A stretch of 64,000 nucleotides of DNA from an uncultured Solirubrobacterales bacterium (lineage in GTDB: Bacteria; Actinomycetota; Thermoleophilia; Solirubrobacterales; Solirubrobacteraceae), in the NCBI GenBank assembly GCA_963802655.1, contig CAWDJM010000016.1:195813-259812 (forward strand), in the 5' to 3' direction. The stretch's first letter is position 1. Every line of letters starts with the position of its first letter. Below the pieces are notes generated by a model. That model had not been told where the DNA came from and made no database searches. It was given only the letters and a program-made list of their open reading frames with translations. This document shows, one piece after another, positions 25,134 to 33,436 of this stretch. A program made the position numbers and the translations under genes.

Positions 25134-26128
25134 GCGGGCTCCCGCGAGGCGCGCGGGTTGACCAGCGGGGTCAGCGTGGCCTCGAGCCGCTCGCGCAGGT
25201 GCTCGTGCTGCGGAGGCAGCCGCAACGCCTCGCCGAGGTGCTCGGGGTCCTCGTCGGTCGCGAATCCCGGGCTCGGAGTCGCGAGCTCGAACAGGATCCC
25301 GCGCGGCTCGCGGAAGTAGATGCTGAAGAAGTACTGGCGGTCGATGATCGGCGTCGGGTGGGCCCCGGCAAGCCTGAGCGCGTCGCCCCACAGCGCGTGC
25401 TCCTCGTCGCGGTCACACCATGCGATGTGGTGCACGGCGCCCGCGCCCTGCAGGCCGACGTCCGCCGGTGGCTCGTCGTAGCCGTAGGTGGCGGTCCGCT
25501 TCCCTCCCTTCAGCTCGTACTCGCCCGGGGAACCGATCGTGAACCCGAGCGGCCCGGTCAGCAGGTCGTTCTCGCGCTCTCGGGCGGCGCCGTACGCGCG
25601 GACGCCCTCGAATCCCTGAAGCGCGTGCTCGGCCGGGATGTCGTCGGCTCGGGCCACGAGCGGCTCGTCGTCGGTCTGCACCACCGCGAACTCGAGGCCG
25701 AGGCCCTCGGGGTCGCGGAATCGCAGCGCCCGGTCGCCCCCGCCGCCGTCGAGCGTCACGCCCTCGGCGCCCAGCCGTTGCGCCCAGAACGACAGCGCCT
25801 GCTCGGAGGCCACGCGCCAGCGCAGCCGGTGGATCATCCCGGCGCCGGCCCGGCCCGGAGCCGCGTCGGGAAACTCGAAGAACGTGAGGATCGAGCCCGG
25901 GGCCCCCCGCTCGTCGCCGTAGTACAGGTGGTACACGTCCGGGGCGTCGAAGTTCACGGTCTTCTTGACCATGCGCAAGCCGAGCACGCGCGCGTAGAAG
26001 TCGACGTTCTGGGGCGCGTCCGCCGTGATGCAGGTGATGTGATGGATGCCGTCGAGCTGCAAGGGTCCGCTCCTCAATTTGTTCTCGCCTGACACCACCT
26101 TGCCGAAGCTGTCAAGCGGACGCGTCAC
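25130..26128 (-). CDS. ring-cleaving dioxygenase, VOC superfamily (MhqO/MhqA-like)
   Basis: 332 aa. The pattern GIHHITCITADAPQNVDFYARVLGLRMVKKTVNFDAPDVYHLYYGDERGAPGSILTFFEF is typical of hydroquinone-type extradiol dioxygenases. Confidence 0.8.
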   Translation of the reverse strand: MTRPLDSFGKVVSGENKLRSGPLQLDGIHHITCITADAPQNVDFYARVLGLRMVKKTVNFDAPDVYHLYYGDERGAPGSILTFFEFPDAAPGRAGAGMIHRLRWRVASEQALSFWAQRLGAEGVTLDGGGGDRALRFRDPEGLGLEFAVVQTDDEPLVARADDIPAEHALQGFEGVRAYGAARERENDLLTGPLGFTIGSPGEYELKGGKRTATYGYDEPPADVGLQGAGAVHHIAWCDRDEEHALWGDALRLAGAHPTPIIDRQYFFSIYFREPRGILFELATPSPGFATDEDPEHLGEALRLPPQHEHLRERLEATLTPLVNPRASREPA

Positions 26129-26397
26129 GACCCGCCTCTACTGCGCCAATCCGCGGGACCCCGGTGGCCCGGGCCGGCCCACGTCGCGCCTGCTTCACCA
26201 CCAGCGGAGAGAATTCGATGGCTGTTGTAGCCCGCCGATCCAAGGCGCTGCTGACCGTGGCGGCGGCGGTGCTCGCCGCATCGCGCTGATCGGACCGGGC
26301 TGGGGTCAGCTCGGCTCGACCGACGCCAACTCCAAGGCCGAGCCCGCCCTGGGCGTGGACGGGACCACCCACCCGATGGGCGGCCGCTGGCCAGCGC

Positions 26398-26865
26398 TCA
26401 GAGGCGCTTTTCCAGGGACGTAGCCAGCTCTTCGTATCCCATCCGGTCCTCCCAGAAGGGAACGGAGAGCGGGCTGCCCTGGAACGTGGTCGTCTCCGCG
26501 ACCGTGGCCCCGGACTGGCGGCCCCACTCCTCGGCGGTCTCCACCAGGCGCGTCCCGATGCCGGTGCGCCGGCGGTCGGCGGAGGTCGCCAGGTAGCTGA
26601 TCAGTAGCCGCTTCTCGGCCGGGTCCGGTTCGCCGCCATGGCCGTTGCCGTTCTCGTCGCTCGTCACCCTCGCGGCCAGCACGCCGACGATCTCGCCGTC
26701 GACCTCGGCCACCAGGCGCAGGGCCGGGCCGCCCGCCGCCGTCGGCTGTTCAGAGGGACGCGGAGCCCCCTGGCCGTAGTACTGGGCGACGTCGGCGTGT
26801 ACGAGCTCGAGCGCGTCGGCGTCGCCCGGCAGCGCCTCGCGGACGCTGATTTCGCCACCGTACAT
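26398..26865 (-). CDS. GNAT-family N-acetyltransferase
   Basis: 155 aa. The acetyl-CoA-binding segment is YLATSADRRRTGIGTRLVETAEEWGRQSG. Confidence 0.8.
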   Translation of the reverse strand: MYGGEISVREALPGDADALELVHADVAQYYGQGAPRPSEQPTAAGGPALRLVAEVDGEIVGVLAARVTSDENGNGHGGEPDPAEKRLLISYLATSADRRRTGIGTRLVETAEEWGRQSGATVAETTTFQGSPLSVPFWEDRMGYEELATSLEKRL

Positions 26866-26971
26866 GGCGGCAAGCTTAGATTGCCCCCGTGGTCGGGCGC
26901 CGTGCGGTCGGTGCTACTTTTAGGTGGCGATACTTGAATTCAGTCGTCGCTGCGCTATACGTTGCACGGAC

Positions 26972-27745
26972 ATGGACGGGCTCAGCGCAAGCATTCCGCG
27001 CACCCTTGAGACGCGTAGGCTGTTCGAGCGGTGGCGGCGGGATCGCGATCCTCGGGCGCGCGAGTTGTTGGTCGAGCGCTTCATGCCGCTGGCCCGCAAG
27101 CTCGCCCGGCGGTACGCGGGTCGGGAGACCTCGGACGATCTGATCCAGGTGGCCAGCCTGGGGCTGCTGAAGGCGATCGACCGGTTCGATCCCTCGCGCG
27201 GGACCGCGTTCACTTCGCTTGCGGTGCCCACAGTCCTGGGCGAGCTCAAGCGATATTTCCGCGACGCCGGATGGTTCGCGCACGTGCCGCGGGGCGTGCA
27301 GGAGTTGGCGCTGAAGGTCCAGCAGGCAGATCGCACACTGAGCGCCAAGACCGGCCGTTCGCCCACAGCGCAGGACATCGCCAACTACCTCGAGCTCGAT
27401 GTCGAGGAGGTGCTCGACGCGCTGTGCGCGATCGCCGCGCACCGCTCGGTGTCTCTGGACGCGCCGATCGGAGACGGCGACTCGGACCGGCTCGCAGAGA
27501 CGTTCGGCGAGGAGGACGAGCGCTACGAGCGAGTCGAGGCGGCCGCGACGATCGCCGGTGGCCTGCGTTGCCTCGCCAAGCTCGATCGCCAGGTGCTGAC
27601 GATGTACTACCTCGAGGAGCGGACCCAGGTCCAGGTGGCCGAGGAGATCGGGGTGTCCCAGATGCAGGTGTCGAGGATCCTGCGCCGCGCTACGCGCCGG
27701 CTGCAGGAGCTGACGGCGTCCGAGGGCTCCTTCGCTGGACGCTAG
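26972..27745 (+). CDS. SigB/SigF-type (group 3) RNA polymerase sigma factor
   Basis: Region 2 is DDLIQVASLGLLKAIDRFDPSRGTAFTSLAVPTVLGELKRYFRD and region 4 is RTQVQVAEEIGVSQMQVSRILRRA. ATG 26972 is preferred because the upstream part of the ORF is AT-rich and promoter-like. Confidence 0.85.
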   Translation: MDGLSASIPRTLETRRLFERWRRDRDPRARELLVERFMPLARKLARRYAGRETSDDLIQVASLGLLKAIDRFDPSRGTAFTSLAVPTVLGELKRYFRDAGWFAHVPRGVQELALKVQQADRTLSAKTGRSPTAQDIANYLELDVEEVLDALCAIAAHRSVSLDAPIGDGDSDRLAETFGEEDERYERVEAAATIAGGLRCLAKLDRQVLTMYYLEERTQVQVAEEIGVSQMQVSRILRRATRRLQELTASEGSFAGR

Positions 27746-27839
27746 TCGCGATCGGGCGGCGCCGGCGCCGATCAGCGTCAACGGCAATCACGCACGCTCG
27801 GGACTTCAGATCGAGCGCGTCGATGGCGACCGCGGACCG

Positions 27840-28103
27840 ATGCTCGTGCTCCGCGGCGAGTTCGACCTGACCGGCGTCCGCCAGTTCGATGAGGCCATCG
27901 CCGGCGTCGCTCCGACCGGGTCGCTGGTGCTCGACCTCCGCGACCTGTCGTTCATGGACTCGTCGGGCCTGGGGGCCCTGATGGGCCTGTACCGGCGCGG
28001 GGTCGCCGAGGGCTGGTCGCTCGTCCTGGCCGCTCCCCAGCCTCAGGTCTCGCGTCTGCTGCAGATCACGGGCGTGGACGCGCGGCTGACGGTGATCGAC
28101 TGA
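27840..28103 (+). CDS. STAS-domain anti-sigma-factor antagonist (short)
   Basis: LDLRDLSFMDSSGLGALM is the SpoIIAA/RsbV-type phosphorylatable-Ser motif. The frame is open from 27714 and encodes a plausible first beta-strand, but it has no ATG, GTG or TTG before 27840. Confidence 0.7.
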   Translation: MLVLRGEFDLTGVRQFDEAIAGVAPTGSLVLDLRDLSFMDSSGLGALMGLYRRGVAEGWSLVLAAPQPQVSRLLQITGVDARLTVID

Positions 28104-28537
28104 TGCCGACCCTCCCGGAGGTTGTCGCCGCCCACCGCGACGACATCCTCAGCGAGTGGGTCCTCGTCCAGGAGGACTCCGTCGGCCGGGCACCGCACGG
28201 CCTCGGCGAGCTCAATCTGGCCCGGGAGTCTCAGGAATTCCTCGGCCTGTTCGCGACCGCGGTGGCCGACGACGAGTCCGGCGAGATTGGCGGCCCCGGA
28301 TGGGAGCCGGTGCGGTCGTTCCTGAGCGCTATCGCCCGGGCTCGCGCCGCCGCGGGCTTCTCCCCCGCCGAGGCGGCGACGTTCATGTTTTCGCTCAAGC
28401 AGCCGCTGTTCGCCCGGCTCGCCAACGAGCTCCAGGACGACGCCGTCGGCCTGATCGCCTCGATCCTCGAGACGACCGAGCTCGTCGATCAGCTCGGCCT
28501 GTTCATGGTCGACGAGTACGCCAAAGCCGCCGGCTAG
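28103..28537 (+). CDS. RsbRD_N-domain protein (stand-alone RsbR-type N-terminal sensor domain)
   Basis: 144 aa. ILSEWV...SQEFLGLFATAV...ARAAAGFSPAEAATFMFSLKQPLFARL matches the RsbR N-terminal non-haem globin-like domain. The ATG shares one base with the STAS gene stop. Confidence 0.7.
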   Translation: MPTLPEVVAAHRDDILSEWVLVQEDSVGRAPHGLGELNLARESQEFLGLFATAVADDESGEIGGPGWEPVRSFLSAIARARAAAGFSPAEAATFMFSLKQPLFARLANELQDDAVGLIASILETTELVDQLGLFMVDEYAKAAG

Positions 28538-29436
28538 CGTCGGGAGCGACCGAGGATGTCGCGCAGCTGCGCGGCGTTGCGCACGCCGAAGTCGCGGTAG
28601 CAGTTGTTCATCAGCAGGTGGCTCTCGCGCGCCTGCTTGGAAACGTCGGCGATCGGGTGCGCGAGCTCCTCGAGCTCCTCCTCGGAGTACAGGTAGCGGA
28701 ACCGCTCGGCGGCCGAGCGCGCCCCTCCGGACCAGGTGCTGTCCGAGCGGCCGTGGAAGCGGACCACGAGCAGATCGGGGTTGGTCACCGCCAACAGCCG
28801 CGGCAGCCTCGACGCCTCCGGCGCGTCGACGCACACGTAGATCAGTTCGTGCCCGGACAGCAGCTCGAGCGTCCGCTCGCGGTCGCGATCCTCGGCCAGC
28901 CATCGGGGCGAGCGAAACTCGACGCACAGGCGGTAGTCGGGGAGCCGCTCGCGGAGCTTCTCGATCTCGGCCCGGTTGTCGCCGCGCGGGCCGAACCAGG
29001 GCGGGTACTGGAACAGCACCGCCCCGAGCTTGCTGGCCTCGTGCAGCGGCCGCAGCGCGCGGTCGAACCGCCGCCACGCCTCCTCGAGCGCCTCGGTGCT
29101 CAGGTGCGAGGCGTAGATGTTGCGCTTCTCCAGCACTTCCTCCGGCAGCTCCTCGCGAAGGTCTGGCCAAAGGCTGCGCGGGCGGGTCGGGTGGCCAGTC
29201 AGCAACGAGTACGCCTTGACGTTGAAGCGAAATCCCTCGGGCGTACGCTCCGCCCACAGACTCGCCTGGCGCTCGGCCGGCGGCGCGTAGTAGGTCGAGT
29301 CGATCTCGGTCAGCGGGAACTGCGACGCGTAGTAGCGCAGCCGCTCCTCCGGCGTCATCGTCCGCTGCGGGTACCAGTCGCTCTCCTCGACGAGCGTCTT
29401 GTCCGCCCACGAGCAGGTGCCGGTGAGGACGCTCAA
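28534..29436 (-). CDS. DUF72 (YecE-like) family protein
   Basis: GTCSWADKTL...YYASQFPLTEIDSTYYAPP...FRFNVKAY...GAVLFQYPPWF are DUF72 hallmarks. The TTG 29436 start avoids overlap with the upstream gene. The ORF track extends to 29514. Confidence 0.8.
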   Translation of the reverse strand: MSVLTGTCSWADKTLVEESDWYPQRTMTPEERLRYYASQFPLTEIDSTYYAPPAERQASLWAERTPEGFRFNVKAYSLLTGHPTRPRSLWPDLREELPEEVLEKRNIYASHLSTEALEEAWRRFDRALRPLHEASKLGAVLFQYPPWFGPRGDNRAEIEKLRERLPDYRLCVEFRSPRWLAEDRDRERTLELLSGHELIYVCVDAPEASRLPRLLAVTNPDLLVVRFHGRSDSTWSGGARSAAERFRYLYSEEELEELAHPIADVSKQARESHLLMNNCYRDFGVRNAAQLRDILGRSRR

Positions 29437-29449
29437 CCCGGCACCCCGG

Positions 29450-30337
29450 TCAGCGCCCGCCCACCGCCGCAGGGTTCGCGGCGGCGACCGCGTCACGCAG
29501 CGTCTCGAGCTCATCCGCGGTCAGCTCCAGCCGCGGCGGTCGGCACGGCCCGCCCCCGATCCCGAGTTCGTCGAGCCCTGCCTTGAAGTACTGGACCAGC
29601 TTCGGCGTCATGTCCAGGCGACCCAGTGGCAGGAGCACGGCGTAAAGCTCGCGCGCGGGCGCGAGATCGCCGGCGGCGCACAGGTCCCACAGACGCACGC
29701 TCTGCACCGGGAACACCACCCCTACGCCCGAGATCCAACCGGCCGCGCCCGCGCAGAACCCCTCGAGCGCCCAGTCGTCGCCGCCGACCATCACGTCGAC
29801 GTCCGGGCACAGGTTGACGAGCTCGGCGATCCGGCGGGCGTCGCCCGAGCTCTCCTTCAGCGCCCCGACGGCGGGCACCGCACGGGCGATCTCGGCCAGC
29901 AACTCGGGGGCGAGGTCCGACCCGCTCGCGGTCGGGTTGTTGTAGATCATCACCGGCAGGTCGGCGGCCGCGGCCACGTCGCCGAAGAACCGCAGCAACT
30001 CGCGCCGGTCGGCGCGATACAGCAGCGGCGGCAGCGTCATCACGCCGTCGGCGCCGGCGGCCCTGGCGTCGCGGGCGTAGTCCGAGGCCTGCCCGGCGGT
30101 GGGCGCCGACACGCCGGCGCACACCGGGACGCGTCCGGCCGCCGCCTCGACCACGGTCTCGAGCACGGCACGGCGCTCCTCGCGGCTGAGGCTGCCGCCC
30201 TCGCCGACGGTGCCGTTGGGGACGATCCCGCGGATCCCGCCCTCGATCAGCCGCTGGACCTGCGCCGCGACCGCATCGTGATCGACGGCGAGGTCGGAGT
30301 GAAAATGCGTGACGATCGCGGCGTGAACACCTTTCAT
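29450..30337 (-). CDS. DapA-family aldolase/deaminase (likely pyrroline-4-hydroxy-2-carboxylate deaminase)
   Basis: 295 aa. GIVPNGTVGEGGSLSREER and PVMIYNNP are DHDPS-family motifs. The function is inferred from hydroxyproline-pathway neighbours. ATGA overlap with the upstream gene. Confidence 0.85.
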   Translation of the reverse strand: MKGVHAAIVTHFHSDLAVDHDAVAAQVQRLIEGGIRGIVPNGTVGEGGSLSREERRAVLETVVEAAAGRVPVCAGVSAPTAGQASDYARDARAAGADGVMTLPPLLYRADRRELLRFFGDVAAAADLPVMIYNNPTASGSDLAPELLAEIARAVPAVGALKESSGDARRIAELVNLCPDVDVMVGGDDWALEGFCAGAAGWISGVGVVFPVQSVRLWDLCAAGDLAPARELYAVLLPLGRLDMTPKLVQYFKAGLDELGIGGGPCRPPRLELTADELETLRDAVAAANPAAVGGR

Positions 30338-31641
30338 TGAGATCCTCCGATCGTGGCTTGGTGGTTGGCCCGCGACGCGCGCCTGGCAAATCGCGCGGGG
30401 TCGAACGCCGACAGGAGCGGATCACGCTCCCCGTCGAGCAGCAACTTGCTGAGCAGCTCGCCGGTGCCCGGCGCCAGCGTGATCCCCAGCGTCGCGTGAC
30501 CGGTGGCGAGGTGGATCCCGTCGAGGCCGGGCAGCGGCCCGATCAGCGGCAGGCCGTCGGGCGACAGCGACCGCATTCCAGCCCAATCGCGCGACCGTCC
30601 GGGCATCCGCCAACCCGGCATCGCCCGCTGGGCGGCATCCGTGATCGCGGCCAGGCGGCGCGGCGACAGCGCCAGGCCGGTGGCGCCGAGCTCGAGCGTC
30701 CCCGACACCCGTACGCCGCCGTCGAACACGCTGACCGCCACCTTCGGACCTTCGAGATATAGGGCGCGCCGCGGCGCCGTCGGGCCCGGCTCGTAGGTGC
30801 GGCTGTAACCCTTGGCCGCCGCGATCGGCAAACTCACGCCGATCCCGGCGAGCAGCCGCCGGCAGGCGATCCCGGCGGCCAGCACGACGTTGACGGCTCG
30901 TACCGTCGCGCTCGGTGTGTGCACCAGCCAGCCGCCGTTGTCGCGAGCCAGCGTCGTGACCGGCGCGCCCTGCCGCACGCTGGCGCCGCGCGCCTCGAGC
31001 GCCCGGCGCAGGCCCGCGGTGAATAGTTCTGGACGTACCCGGCGCTCCCCCTCGGCGATCACGCCGCCGAGCAGCTCCGGGCCGAGTGCGGGCTCGAGCT
31101 CGCGCAACTCGCCGGCCGAGATCTGCCGCAGCGTCTGCGTAGCGCCGGCCTCGCGAAGCTCGCCGGCGATCCGCAGCAACAGCTCGAGCTCAGAGCGTTC
31201 GAATGCGGTGTACAGGAGCGGTTGCTCGTGATGTTCGAACTCGACGCCGCGCTCGGCCAGCCGGTCGAACGCCGGCCCGGCCGTCGCGGCGGCGCGCTGC
31301 AGCGCGGCCAGCCCGCGGCCGTACGCCGATCGCGAGCAGCTGGCCGTGAACCGCGCGATCCAGTCCAGCAGCGCGGGCGACAGCGTCGGGCGGATCCACA
31401 ACGGGCCCGACGGGTTCACCAGCCACCGCAGCGAGGTGCCGATCACCCCCGGTCCCGGAACCGGGATCGCCAGCGACGGCGTTACCCAGCCGGCGTTGCC
31501 CGCCGATGCGCCCGCGCCGGGCCGATCAGCCTCGAGCACGGTCACGTCGGCGCCGCGGCTGGCCAGGGACTCGGCCACGGCGAGCCCCACGGCGCCGGCG
31601 CCGACCACGACCGTTGGCCCCGGCGAGGTCGGCGCGGTCAC
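30334..31641 (-). CDS. FAD-dependent (DAO-family) oxidoreductase, likely D-hydroxyproline dehydrogenase
   Basis: The dinucleotide fold TVVVGAGAVGLAVAESLASRGADVTVLE lies at the N-terminus from GTG 31641, which overlaps the upstream stop (GTGA). The 678-aa ORF in the track is an artefactual extension. Confidence 0.85.
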   Translation of the reverse strand: MTAPTSPGPTVVVGAGAVGLAVAESLASRGADVTVLEADRPGAGASAGNAGWVTPSLAIPVPGPGVIGTSLRWLVNPSGPLWIRPTLSPALLDWIARFTASCSRSAYGRGLAALQRAAATAGPAFDRLAERGVEFEHHEQPLLYTAFERSELELLLRIAGELREAGATQTLRQISAGELRELEPALGPELLGGVIAEGERRVRPELFTAGLRRALEARGASVRQGAPVTTLARDNGGWLVHTPSATVRAVNVVLAAGIACRRLLAGIGVSLPIAAAKGYSRTYEPGPTAPRRALYLEGPKVAVSVFDGGVRVSGTLELGATGLALSPRRLAAITDAAQRAMPGWRMPGRSRDWAGMRSLSPDGLPLIGPLPGLDGIHLATGHATLGITLAPGTGELLSKLLLDGERDPLLSAFDPARFARRASRANHQATIGGSQ

Positions 31642-32639
31642 AGCGCGAATCCGGTCGGGAACGGGTCGGTGGGGTCCAGCAGGTACTGACCCATCGCGGT
31701 GATCCAGGCGCGCCCGCTGACCTCCGGGATCACGCCCGGCAGCGCGCCGACGGACGTCTCCTGCACCAGCCGGCCGACGAACCGGCTGCCGATCACCGAC
31801 TCGTTGACGAACTCCTCGCCGATCGCCAGCTCGCCGCGGGCGTGCAGCGCCGCCATCCGCGCCGAGGTCCCGGTGCCGCACGGAGAGCGGTCGAGCCAGC
31901 CCGGATGGATCGCGGTCGCGTTGCGCGCGTGCGCCCCGTCGTCGCCACCGGCGTGGAACACGACGTGCTTGCAGCCTCCGATCGCGGCGTCGAGCGGGTG
32001 CACTGGCCGCGCCGAGCGGTTGATCTCGCTCGCGATCGCCAGCCCGGCATCGATCAGCCGCTGGCCGCTGGCCGGGATCGGGTCCAGGCCGACCGAGTCG
32101 GCGGCCACGAGCGCGTAGAAGTTGCCGCCGAACGCCATGTCGTAGCGGACCGTCCCGAATCCGTCGACCTCGACCTCGGCGTCGAGGCCGACCACGAACG
32201 CGGGCACGTTGCGCAGCGACACGCGCTCGGCGCGGCCGTCGCGGACGGCGACCGAGGCCTCGACCAGCCCGGCCGGCGTGTCGAGCGCGATGATCGTCTC
32301 GGGCTCGGTGACCGCGACCATCCCGCACTCGACCAGCACCGTGGCCACCCCGATCGTTCCGTGCCCGCACATCGGCAGCAGCCCCGAGACCTCGACGAAC
32401 AGCACGCCCCAGTCGGCGTCGGGGCGCGTCGGCGGCTGCAGGAACGCTCCCGACATCGCCGAGTGCCCGCGCGGCTCGCGCATCAGCAGCAGCCGCAGGT
32501 CGTCCAGGTTGCGCTCGAAGTACAGCCGACGCTCCTGCATCGTGGCACCGGGCACCGCGCCGAGACCACCCGTGATCACCCGGGTGGGCATCCCCTCGGT
32601 GTGCGAGTCGACCGCTGAGAAGTAGCGGGACGCCCTCAT
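31638..32639 (-). CDS. proline racemase family protein (4-hydroxyproline 2-epimerase-like)
   Basis: 333 aa from ATG 32639. It contains VDSHTEGMPTRVI, LLPMCGHGTIG and DRSPCGTGTSA, which carry the two catalytic Cys motifs. ATGA overlap with the GntR gene stop. Confidence 0.85.
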   Translation of the reverse strand: MRASRYFSAVDSHTEGMPTRVITGGLGAVPGATMQERRLYFERNLDDLRLLLMREPRGHSAMSGAFLQPPTRPDADWGVLFVEVSGLLPMCGHGTIGVATVLVECGMVAVTEPETIIALDTPAGLVEASVAVRDGRAERVSLRNVPAFVVGLDAEVEVDGFGTVRYDMAFGGNFYALVAADSVGLDPIPASGQRLIDAGLAIASEINRSARPVHPLDAAIGGCKHVVFHAGGDDGAHARNATAIHPGWLDRSPCGTGTSARMAALHARGELAIGEEFVNESVIGSRFVGRLVQETSVGALPGVIPEVSGRAWITAMGQYLLDPTDPFPTGFAL

Positions 32640-33397
32640 CGCCGGGGCGGCTCCTGCCCGGCCTGACCGGTCTGGGTCATGTACTTGCGGACCCGGCGGA
32701 TGTGTTCGCGGGAGTACAGCTCGGCGGCTGCTGCGTCGCCCTCGCTGACCGCCTCGTAGATCATCCGGTGCTCGGCGATGTGGATCCGCATCCGGCTCGC
32801 GTCCGACAGCGAGTCGTCGCGAAGCCGCCGCCACAGCGGCTGGTCCATGATCGCCGCGAGCTGGTCGCAGATCGCGATCACGACCGGGTTGCCGGTCATC
32901 ACACCGATCTGGCGGTGGAACGTTCGGTCGGCCTCCGACCAGATCGCCCGCTGATCCGAGCTGGTCGGGTCCGACAGCCGCTCCATCTCGTCCAGCAGCC
33001 GCTCGGCGAACGCGTCAGGGCGGGCGCGGTCGGCCGCGATCCGGGCGACAGCGGGCTCGAACGCCTCGCGCGCCTGCAGCAGCGCGAACGGGCTGGCGTC
33101 GTGGGCCCGGAGCACCGGCGGGGACTCGTCGTGCAACCGGGCTGTGGCGTCGGCGGCCACGAACGAGCCCGAACCGGGGCGCGTCTCCACGATCCCGTCG
33201 ACCTGCAGCACCCCGATCGCCTCGCGCACCGACGAGCGGCCGACCTCCATCTGCCGGGCGAGCTCGCGCTCGGAGGGCAGCTTCTGCCCGGGGGCGAGCA
33301 AGCCGACCTGGATGTCCTGCACAATCCTCCGCGCAATCTGCTCGTAGACCTGCTCGACGCGAAGCGGACCTATCGTCAAACCAGTTTCGACGACCAC
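32636..33397 (-). CDS. GntR-family (FadR/FCD subfamily) transcriptional regulator
   Basis: The HTH is LPSERELARQMEVGRSSVREAIGVLQVDGIVETRPGSGSFV, followed by a helical FCD domain. The start is GTG 33397 or TTG 33379. The longer ORF would run through the divergent ALDH start. Confidence 0.8.
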   Translation of the reverse strand: MVVETGLTIGPLRVEQVYEQIARRIVQDIQVGLLAPGQKLPSERELARQMEVGRSSVREAIGVLQVDGIVETRPGSGSFVAADATARLHDESPPVLRAHDASPFALLQAREAFEPAVARIAADRARPDAFAERLLDEMERLSDPTSSDQRAIWSEADRTFHRQIGVMTGNPVVIAICDQLAAIMDQPLWRRLRDDSLSDASRMRIHIAEHRMIYEAVSEGDAAAAELYSREHIRRVRKYMTQTGQAGQEPPRR

Positions 33398-33436
33398 CGG
33401 TTTGAACCTTACACCACTTCGCGCCGTGGTTCTGAT

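Noticed and set aside
26046-26423. ORFs in the 26129..26397 spacer as the missing part of the truncated ALDH or as a small gene.
   Set aside because: The translations have no ALDH similarity or other motifs, and their composition is typical of non-coding high-GC DNA.
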